A program made the translations under genes and the position numbers. From assembly GCA_013265495.1 (NCBI GenBank), contig MU061814.1, positions 5,707,684 to 5,771,683 of the forward strand: DNA of 64,000 nt, given 5' to 3'. The DNA is from Vicugna vicugna (Eukaryota). The notes beneath the pieces were generated by a model. That model worked only from the letters and a program-made list of their open reading frames with translations. It did not search any database and was not told the DNA's origin. Shown here one piece after another: positions 24,690 through 33,927 of this stretch (positions are counted from its first letter, which is position 1; each line of letters starts with the position of its first letter).

Positions 24690-27600
24690 GTAAGCGTCTG
24701 CTTTTCTCGGGTGGGCCTCACGAACCTCTCAGAAGTTGCTTGCAGCCTGTCACGCATGGTTGGTCTCTCAGCCAGCCTCCCTCTGTGCCTCTTGGGGCCA
24801 CCCATCGGGCCCTGCCCTGAGCCACTGGGTGAGCTGCCTGTGGCCCTCCCTGCAGGTGTGTTTTGAGTGCGGGGCATTCAACCCTCAGTGGGTGAGTGTG
24901 ACCTACGGCATCTGGATCTGCCTGGAGTGCTCGGGGAAGCACCGCGGGCTCGGGGTGCACCTCAGGTCAGTGCCCGCCTGCTCCTGCTGCGCCGTGAGCC
25001 AGGGCGGGGAGACAGGCCGGGACGGGGTGATGGGCCAGGGAACGGGCCTGGGTGGGGAGATGGGCCGGGGCGGGCCCCTCACCGGCCAGCTCCACGGGAC
25101 CACAGTGCACAATTCAAGACTGTTGGGGGCTCGAGGATGCCCCGTGCTGGTGATGAGGCTGACCCTCTGGTGTGCAGCTTCGTCCGTTCCGTCACTATGG
25201 ACAAGTGGAAGGACGTGGAGCTGGAGAAGATGAAAGCCGGTGGGAACGCTAAATTCCGAGAGTTCCTGGAGTCTCAGGAGGACTATGACCCCCAGTGGTC
25301 CCTGCAGGAGAAGTACAGCAGCAAGGCCGCCGCCCTTTTCAGGGACAAGGTGAGGACAGGCCTGCAGGCCCGTCGGCTGCTGCCGCGGTTCTGGGAGTAG
25401 AGGCTCCTGACACGCCACGGGGGCTGTGTGCAGCCCCAGGCAGACAGGACCTGTGGCCCCATCTCGTCGCAGCCAGGGGACGCCCATCATTTAGGGGGCA
25501 GAGAGTGGGGCCCCAGGCATTTGCGGTTGGAGCCACACTGACCAAGAACTCACTCGTGCTCTGTCTGTCGTGAGGCCTGGTCTCAGCGTTTAGACTGGGT
25601 GGGCCCCTAGCCCGTGGCTGAGCCAAAGTGGCTGCGTGAGGGGCACGGGGGCGCTAGAGCAGGTGCGCCCACGGCTGCCCCGACGGTTCCCGCGTCCCCT
25701 TGGCAGGTGGCCACCCTGGCCGAAGGTAGAGAATGGTCTCTGGAGTCATCGCCTGCCCAGAACTGGACCCCACCTCAGCCCAGGGCACTGCTGTCCACTG
25801 CCCACCGGTAACTTCTCTGGCCTGCTGGCTGGAGGGTGCTGCTGTCAGCCTGGCCCTGACCCTGACTGTGGCTCAGGGTCCCCGTGCTATTGTGGCAACG
25901 ATTCGATTGTCAGCTGTTCTAAAGGCAGAGGGAAAACCAACTTTTTAAGTTCCATATTTAAACTTCCAGTAAAAACTCAACCATTAAGGGCATGTTCAAG
26001 GTAGAGCATACCGTCCCCGGTTCCTCAGCGTAGAGTCTCCAGGTTTGTGCCCACGACACTCAGCAGCTCTGGAGGAATCTGCCTGGCTGGTGGTCTGGTC
26101 TGAGGCTTGCCCACCTCCCCAGGGCACAGGAACGCAGGGCGGGCTGACCCCATGGAGGTGTCTCGGGTCCTCTGGCACATAGGAGACTCGTGTTCTGGGG
26201 GGTTGGCATCAGGAGAGGCTCCCTGTTTACACCAGGGTTGCCCTGCAGTCCTCCTCCTGTGGCAGGAGTCCCGTCGGGATGTCTCCAGACCACTGCCAAT
26301 GTGCTTCCTTTGGCCTCGGTCCCTCTGGCCTCCCTGTGGACGCAGGCAGGCGTGGAGCCGCTGGGGAGCCTGCCCGCCAGGCTGCCTCAACCTCCTCTTG
26401 CTCCTTGCCTCCTCTGCTCAGAGGTGGAGGCCGGCTCAGCCCAGGTGCTAGTGCTTCAGAGGAGCTGGGTGTCATCAGGTGGGCGTGGCAGCACCTCCAC
26501 GACCATAGCTCCTGCCACGTGTGCCTGCCCTGTTGGTCTCACCGACTTCTGACTCCGTTTCAGAGCCCCTGGCCAGCCGCAGAGCTCCACCGCTGCCTCC
26601 GACAAGGCTTCCGAAGACTGGCTGAGCGACGGCTCCTGTCGAGGGTCAGGCCTCGGGGGGCGCTGGGGGGCTGGGGGCCTGCATGGACCCAGCTGTGGAG
26701 GGTTTGGTCCCTCGGGGCAGCGCTGCCCTGGTGAGGGTGGGCACTGCTGCTGCTTCACAGGTGCGGAGTCGGCAGGCCTCACTGGCCAGCCTGGGTTCGA
26801 GTAGGGGCTTGAGTGGAGAGAAACCCCTTAGAGACGATCACTTCTAGGAACACTTAAGAGGAACAAATGAAAGTAGGTCCCCAGAGCTGTCGGGTTGAGC
26901 CACTGTGACGCTCCCTGCGGTCGCTGGCCGTCAGCTCCGGGTCTCGCTGAGATTCTCAGGCCAAGTGCAGCAGGGGGGCCCCGTCCCCGAGCGCAGGAAA
27001 GCCTGACCCCCACGCGGAGGGCCGTGGGCGCACCTGCACGCCCTCCAGGGGCTCCGTCGGGTCCGGGCGCCCCCACCCCACGGCTCTCGGGAGCATCACG
27101 GCTGCTGCTTGTGCCCCCTCCAGGGCCCAGGAGACCCGCTATGTGGGCTTTGGGAACACCGCGCCACCTCAGAAGAGAGAGGACGACTTCCTCAACAGCG
27201 CCATGTCGTCCCTGTACTCGGTGAGGCCGCTGTGCTGCCCCGTGCCACCCGTGTGCGCCCGGGGGGCCTCCCGCAGCGGGCGCGGCTCCCGTCCCCTTCG
27301 GGCCCCTCCCCCTTTCCTCCGCTGACGCTTCCTGGAGCGCGGCTTGCTCAGTTCCGTTACTCCAGCTGCAAGACACGTAGTTTGGATTTAATGAGGTGCG
27401 TTTCCTCCAGAGAACTAATGCCCCGTGTGGAGAGCCTCCCTGGGCCACTTTGGTTCTGGGTGTCACTCTGTGGCTCTGTCGGTGGCAGAGGTGACAAGCT
27501 CAGCCGCACAGGCTGGGCCACCGTCTGGAGGTGGCTCCTGGTCACACGTGTGCCTTCCCCCCACCCTCGGCCACTCTAGGTCACACCATAATTTTCCAGA

Positions 27601-30600
27601 GAAACTTCCTTTTTAAAACACGTTCTATTTGTCACGACCTGGCCTACAACTCTGGTAACTGCAGCCCTCCCAAGCGTCTCTGGATGCTGTGCACAGAAAG
27701 ACGGACGTGCTCTGTGTGCTGAGAGGATGGGGTTGAGGGCTGGGGGGCCTGTAGGGGACTGGAGGCTGGGCTGGTCCCAGGCTGTGTGAGCACAGAGCCT
27801 CTGGACGGAGCCCAAGGATGGGGTCCAGACTTGGGCCATGGGAGGTCGCCATCACCACTGCGTACGCTCCTTGAACCACATGTGTCTGTCCCCCAAATGA
27901 ACGGGCATCTCACTCAGAAAATATTTAAGCCCCATTTGCCCCTGAAGCGCCTGTAGCTGGATCTGGGGGCTCCTGGGGGAGCGCTGGCGCCCCCAGCGTT
28001 GCTCTCCCGGGCGCTCTTTGTGGGTTGTTGGCCTGAAGCCTGCTGTGAGGAGATTGTCTTCTGGAAACACCCTCCCAGGACCGCAGTGTATTTGTGTCTC
28101 CCATCAGAGGGGCCGGTGGGCCAGGCAGTGGGAGGAGCCGGCTCACCTCAGTGGTGGGGGCTCCACCCTGGGGCCCCGCCCTCCAGCCCTCCTGGTCCAG
28201 CCACGTGTGGGGTGGGGACGGTCCCACAGCGTCCAGCTGTGTGCGAGGCAGGTGGTGTGGGTCAGAAGAGCACCTTCCATGTTGCTTCCTCTCAGGGCTG
28301 GAGCAGTTTCACCACCGGAGCCAGCAGGTTCGCCTCGGCAGCTAAGGAGGGTGTAAGTAGCCTGTCCCACAGCACAGCCACGCGGGCTGGAGGGCTGGGG
28401 AGGACGGAGGGTCCTGAAGGGGCTCGGGCCGCACATCCGTCTGCCCCAGGAAGCCTGGTGAGTGGCCCCTGCCCTGCCCTTGGCTGGTGCCCTGAGACTG
28501 GGCGGGTCCTCAAGGCCCCGCGGAGCTTCTTTGCTGTAATAGTGGGTCTTGTGCTGGCTGCAGAGGAGTCGCTGGCAGGGCCCGGTTGGTTCCAGGAGAA
28601 AGAGGTGACAGGGTGGCCTCCACTTGCCCCGGTGAAGCAGTATTGGCCCTGCAACCCCCCGAGTGTCAGCTCCCGGGTCTCCAGTGCAGTGTAGGCAGTC
28701 CGAGTTTCCACTCCCAGCCTTGCCTGCTCCTTGGCCTAAGGCGAGGGATGACTGGGGATTTTGTCAGGACAGATGAGTAGACACTGGGCAGTGACCTGGG
28801 TGAGAGCCGGGCGGGAAGGATCAGGCCAGAAACCTGTACGAGGATGTCATCCTGGAGGGGAGACTGCAGCCAGCATGGCGTGGTGGTGACAGGAGGGGTG
28901 CGAGGAGGGGAGCGCAGAGCAGGGCTAGAAGGCTGCCTGGCAGGCTGACCCAGGGCACACGGGCCCAAGGGAGCCCAGGACAGGAGTTTCTGAAGGCCAG
29001 AGCACAGCTGCCCAGCCAGCCAGTGGGAACCCTGGGGTTGGAGTAGAGTCTGGGGCACATCTCGGGTGTGCCCCAGGGGCCACTGTGCCCGGCGTCGGGC
29101 AGCGCCACCCATGCTCCTGAGTCACCTCTGCCTGTTTTCTCTGAGGTCTTGTCTCCCAAGGGCGCTGCGGCGGGGGGTCCAGGCCTGCTTGTTTTGAGAG
29201 TGGCCCGGGTGCCGGGCCAAGGTGAGAGGCCTGAGTGGACTGGGCTTGTGGGAGGCCTGTGGGCCCCTGCATCCTGGACTGGGGAGGTCAGCGTTAGCCC
29301 TGCTCCCTCACACCGGGTGCTGCACGGGCCCCCCTGCCCTGATGGCCTCCCGGGGGGAGCTGAAATCGTGTGCATCTCTGAGTGCCCCATAGCGCTGCTG
29401 TGGGGTGAGCACAGGGCCTCGTGGCCGTCGGGAGACAGGCCTGGGACTGATCACCTGTCTGTACCCCAGGGAGCGGCAGCCCCAGTGGTCAGCATCAGGA
29501 CAGTAGACCAGACACCAGGCGTCTCTCTGTTTTCTTTCAGGCTACGAAATTCGGATCCCACGCAAGTCAGAAGGTAATGAGGGAGGCCTCCATGTTGGTG
29601 TGTGAGGCTCCCTGCCGGCCTGCCCTCCCTGTGTGCTCGGGGCCGGGACACTCCTGCAGGCAGCTCGGGCAGGCCCACACATGTGGACTTGTCTCCCAAG
29701 CTCCCATGTCACAGGGGTCTCTTCAGGTGCCTGCGGGTTTAGCAGGTGGAGTAAGGCTGTACCTGCTTAGGGTCTGTGGGGCCAAAGTCGTCACCTGTAC
29801 CTGGCAGCTGTGGGCCGCTGTACCGTTTGCCTCATAGGGAGGGAGCAGGCGGTGGCCCCGGGATGGGGAGAGAAGGCTCAGTGTGGCTGAGGCTCTGCTG
29901 TGTCTGGGCAGCCCCAGGCGGGGTGACCCGGGGCCTCCTGTAGGACACTGGGGCTGAGTCCCGCAGAGACAGGTCCTTGTCCCCAGTTAGCACCCTCTCT
30001 TCTTGTGGATGGTGTCTTGGGTCCTGGTGTTCATCTTTCCAAATCTTGGTGTGCAGCCCCCATGGTCCACATGTGGTGCCAGGCTCAGGCCGGCCCGTCC
30101 TCCGGCACTGGGGGTCAGGACTCAGGAGGGGCAGCCACAGAGGCTGTCCCAGGAGCCCAGGGCCACATGGGCCCCTCGCACCCTGAGGAGGGGTCCCAGC
30201 CCCCGCCTGGGAACCTTCTCTGAGCCCCTACCTCGGGCTCCTGAACCACCCACTTGCGTGGCCCTGGACTTGCAGAGCCAGGACTGGGGGCGCCATGGGG
30301 CCCTGCCAGGGTGCGTCCTCTTGTTGCCAACGCTGCTGCCACCGCCTTGCTCTCTCTCTCTCTCCGTCGTCTCCGCGTGCTGCCTGGGTAAAGTTCTGGG
30401 GTTCCAAGCAGCAGCCCGAGCTGGTAAGGCCGTCCCTACCGCTGCATGCCCCCATCCACGTGGCACGAGCTCTGCTCCCCAACGTCCGCGCTGTGGCCCG
30501 TGTCGGTGCTTCCGTGTGCTTGCGCTCTGATCTGCTGCCGATTTCCGCCTGATCTGTCCGCGGCGCTCGGGCACCCGTGTCGTGGGCAGGAGACATGAGA

Positions 30601-33600
30601 CCGACCCAGGACTTGGGGCTGCTGCTGCTGCCGGGGCTGAGGGGCCCGGGTGCTTGGAGCTTCTTGGCGAGATTTTCACTTTGTGGTTTAATTATTTTCA
30701 GCGAAATTATCCAAAGGAGTCCTGTCCAAGTGGCCAGGGCCCCACACTGTGTTGCCTCCCCCGGTCCTGCCCACCCCGACCTGAGCTGCCGGCCAGGCTC
30801 ATTCCCCCCACCCCCTTTTCTCCAGGCTCCGGCAGGGCCCTGGAGGGCAGGTGGGCTCGGGACCTGCCCGTCTGTGTCCCGGTGGGGGGTCGTTGTCAGC
30901 ACACGGGCTGTTCTCACGGGATGGGTCACGTGGGCTCCAATGGGGAGACCCTGGAGGTGGCTGCTGGATGGTGTAGGCTCCCAGGGGCTCGCCGCCGTCC
31001 CGGCCCCTTCCCAGAGCAGGTGGGCCAAGGGCGGCAGCCTCTGGCCTGCACGCATCTGCCCAGGCGCCACCCGCCGTGAGAGCCTGGTGCGTCGTGTGCT
31101 GCCGGGCTGCTCGCTGGCCGCTGCTTCCTATCTGTGCGCAGAGCTCGCAGTGACCGTGCTGCTGTGTCCTGGGATGGACCTGCCGCCAAGCTCACTTGAT
31201 CTCATGAAGTCTTTTCTTCTGACAGGCGTCGGAGTTGGGGCATAGTCTGAACGACAGTGTCCTCAAACCCGCCCAGGAGAAGGTAATGCCACGACCCACG
31301 GTGCTCCACCACGTGCTCCTTGCAGCTCCCGTGGGCTTTTTGGGGGTGGCTGGTGCGGGGGCTTTGCTCCGGGGTGTGGACTCCTGAGGGTGCCCCGTGT
31401 TCCCGGCGCCCTGTACTTGTGGGTTCATCCCCAGCATTAGCAGCGCCTGGCCTTGCCCTCTGCTGCTGGGTCGGGGAGAGCCCTGTCCCGTGTGGCTGGG
31501 TGTGCCCCCTGGCTTCTCGTCCTGGCCAAAGTGCTCAGAGGAGACCCGGATGGGCTGAGAGAGGCTTTGGGGGGCTGGGACTTAGGGGACAGGGCCAGCC
31601 TGTCCTCAGAAGGTTGTGGGTGGCGTCGAGACCACCCGGGGAAAGTCCGAGTTAGACCAGCCTGGGCTGTGGCCTGGCAACCCCACTTCCTCTCACTTCT
31701 GGGGAGGAGCAGCGTGGCGTGGAGGCAAGTTCCGTGAGCAGGCGCCAGCGGGCGTGTCCTCTGTCAGGGGCGGGCAGCGGGCCTCTGCCCCTCAGCTGAC
31801 GGCACTGTTTCAATCCACCAGGTGAAGGAGGGAAAGATTTTTGATGATGTGTCCAGTGGGTTCTCTCAGTTGGCATCCAAGGTAGGGCAGCCCCGCCTGA
31901 CACTTGGGCATAGCTGGAAGCCAGTCTCCATATTCCAGGGTGCCGGGAACCGCGAGCAGGAAGGGCCCGGGCGCTTCTTGCCCCGGATGGTGTCTGCGGC
32001 CTGCGTGGCCTCTGGGACACGAGGAAGGTCAGGTAGATGCTCCGGTGCCGGTGGCTCGAGGAATCTGGAAACAGCTGGACAGGCACCTGTTACAGCCACT
32101 AACCTGTTGCTTCCTTTCTTTCTGTCCTTGTCTTGCTGCTGCCGACCTCTCCCCGGTGAGTGTGCCAGGGCGGCCTGCCCACCTTCTCTGCCTTAGAGCC
32201 ACAGTGGGCAGCGCGTCTGTCTGCTTCCCAGCACGAGGCTCTGCGTGGGGCGGCCGTCCGCCCAGGGAGCCTCGCAGCCACCTGCTGGGGCCACAGCCTC
32301 TCGCTGTGCGCACGGCGGGTGTCCCGCCTGCCCCGGGAGACTCCATCCCGGGTGAATGGGCGCGAATTCCAGGTCTTTAGACACTGTGCTCTCGGCGCCA
32401 GAGCCGTGGCTGAGCTGCCCCATGTCTCCTTACAGGTCCAGGGGGTTGGCACTAGGGGATGGCGGGACGTCACCACCTTTTTTTCTGGGAAAGTGGAGGA
32501 CGCCTCGGACAGGTATGCCGGGCCTCTCGTCCTGATGTAAGCCCCCTTTTTCTGGTATTCTTCCTTGGGGTCTCTGGGAGGCAGATGTGTCACCCCCAGG
32601 GATTCAGAGGTCACAGGGCAGAGGCCCCCCAAGCCCTTGACCTCTTACTCTGAAGCTCTTCCTTGGACCTGGCAGGAGCTGCCGCTGCCCAGGGCTGGAG
32701 AGGGAGGGAGGGTCTCAGGCGGGGAACTGGGTGTGGAGACGAGGGGCGGCTGGGCTCTGATCCCACCTCCTGGGGTCTGGAGCGCTCACTGGCCCGCTCG
32801 AGGCTGTGCCCGGGCCTTCCTGCTGGAATCCCAGTCTGCCTGGCTTTCTGGTTCTCTGACCCCAGGGGGAGCCTGGGATCTGATGGGAGAGATGGCCAGG
32901 GGCTGAGCCAGAGCCGTGGCCGCAACTGCCTTGGCGGTGCTGACGGCCTGCCCTGGGGCCGAGGAGCGTCCCCCTTGCCAGCAGGCAGGGTGCCGCAGTG
33001 CTTGCTTGGTCGCCCGCTGTGGGACCGTGCAGCTGCAGTTCTGGTGAGGGGTTTTCCATCCGGAGCTGACCCTTCACGATGCCGAGGCCAGGTCTCTGGG
33101 TTTTCTTTTGCCCTTAATCATCGCAGAAAACCAAGATCTGCGTGTTTCCCGGATTTCAGCTCTGTAGCTGGGTCTCCTCTGCTTTGGAGCAAGAACAACA
33201 GCTCCACGACCCCGCCTGGTGCTGGCCGAGCATCCTGGGTGGGATCTCAGACTCAGCCTTGAGCCGTCTCTGGGGAGAAGCGGGGAGAAAGCCAGGCGGC
33301 TCAGGGCCCCTGCAGCAGCTTTTCTGCTTTTGTGAGAGCCACTCAGAGGCCCCTTCTCTGTCACAGACTCCCGGAGGGCCAGAGCTACCAGAACAGCGGT
33401 GGGGACAACTCCCAGAACACCATTGATCAGAGCTTCTGGGAGGCCTTTGGGACCGCTGACCCCGCCAAGGCACACCGGTCCCCGAGCAGCGACAGCTGGA
33501 CATGCGCGGACGCCTCAGCCGACAAGAGGAGCTCGGACAGTTGGGACGTGTGGGGCTCGGGCTCCGCGTCCAACAACAAGAACAGCGACAGTGGCGATGG

Positions 33601-33724
33601 CTGGGAGGCCTGGTGGGGCGGCGGGGAGGGCGCAGCCAAGGCCACCAGGGAGGGCGCGGCCAAGGCCACCAGGAAGGCTGCGCCACCCACGGCGGACGAG
33701 GTCTGGGACAACCAGGACTGGTAG
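24630..33724 (+). CDS. ARFGAP1: ARFGAP1, ADP-ribosylation factor GTPase-activating protein 1 (complete, 420 aa without the 30-nt cassette exon)
   Basis: 12 exons totalling 1263 nt = 421 codons. Zinc finger CFEC-x16-CLEC, catalytic HRGLG arginine, ALPS1 ([16 protein letters not shown]), ALPS2 ([15 protein letters not shown]...WRDVTTFF), C-terminal WDNQDW. Confidence 0.98.
24856..24965 (+). CDS. ARFGAP1: ARFGAP1 coding exon 2 (zinc finger)
   Basis: 110 nt, [36 protein letters not shown]. Confidence 0.97.
25178..25349 (+). CDS. ARFGAP1: ARFGAP1 coding exon 3
   Basis: 172 nt, [30 protein letters not shown]...LFRDK. Confidence 0.97.
25707..25807 (+). CDS. ARFGAP1: ARFGAP1 coding exon 4
   Basis: 101 nt, [33 protein letters not shown]. 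Confidence 0.96.
26564..26644 (+). CDS. ARFGAP1: ARFGAP1 coding exon 5
   Basis: 81 nt, [26 protein letters not shown]; phase 2-2; donor GG|gtcagg. Confidence 0.88.
27124..27220 (+). CDS. ARFGAP1: ARFGAP1 coding exon 6
   Basis: 97 nt, [32 protein letters not shown]. Confidence 0.97.
28296..28352 (+). CDS. ARFGAP1: ARFGAP1 coding exon 7
   Basis: 57 nt, [19 protein letters not shown]; |gtaagt. Confidence 0.97.
29541..29573 (+). CDS. ARFGAP1: ARFGAP1 coding exon 8
   Basis: 33 nt, [11 protein letters not shown]; tttctttcag| and |gtaatg. Confidence 0.95.
30394..30423 (+). CDS. ARFGAP1: ARFGAP1 30-nt alternative (brain/heart-type) cassette exon
   Basis: aag|TTCTGG...GAGCTG|gtaagg = [10 protein letters not shown]; resembles the known 10-aa tissue-specific ArfGAP1 insert (FWGxKQQxEP). 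Confidence 0.88.
31226..31282 (+). CDS. ARFGAP1: ARFGAP1 coding exon 9
   Basis: 57 nt, [19 protein letters not shown]. Confidence 0.96.
31822..31881 (+). CDS. ARFGAP1: ARFGAP1 coding exon 10
   Basis: 60 nt, [20 protein letters not shown]. Confidence 0.96.
32436..32512 (+). CDS. ARFGAP1: ARFGAP1 coding exon 11 (alternative acceptor at 32442 would drop VQ)
   Basis: 77 nt, [25 protein letters not shown]; tacag|GTCCAG|GGG. Confidence 0.96.
33367..33724 (+). CDS. ARFGAP1: ARFGAP1 last coding exon
   Basis: 358 nt, [12 protein letters not shown]...SFWEAF...DSWDVWGS...WDNQDW-TAG. Confidence 0.96.
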
Positions 33725-33921
33725 GCCCCAGCCCTGCAGCCAGTGCTGTGGAAGGCAGCCTCGGGCGGGCCCCTGGGCCGTGCCTGCCGGTCGTGTGTCC
33801 CTGTGCCCACTCTCCTGGATTCTCGGCAGCCCTGGGCACCTGGGCTGGGCACTGTTGAGGGCAGGGGTCCATGCTGCTGCGGGGAGCCGGCTGCACCCTG
33901 CCGTCCCCCCACGCGCTCAGT

Positions 33922-33927
33922 AATAAA
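33922..33927 (+). terminator. Candidate polyadenylation signal of ARFGAP1
   Basis: AATAAA about 200 nt after the stop codon. Confidence 0.55.
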
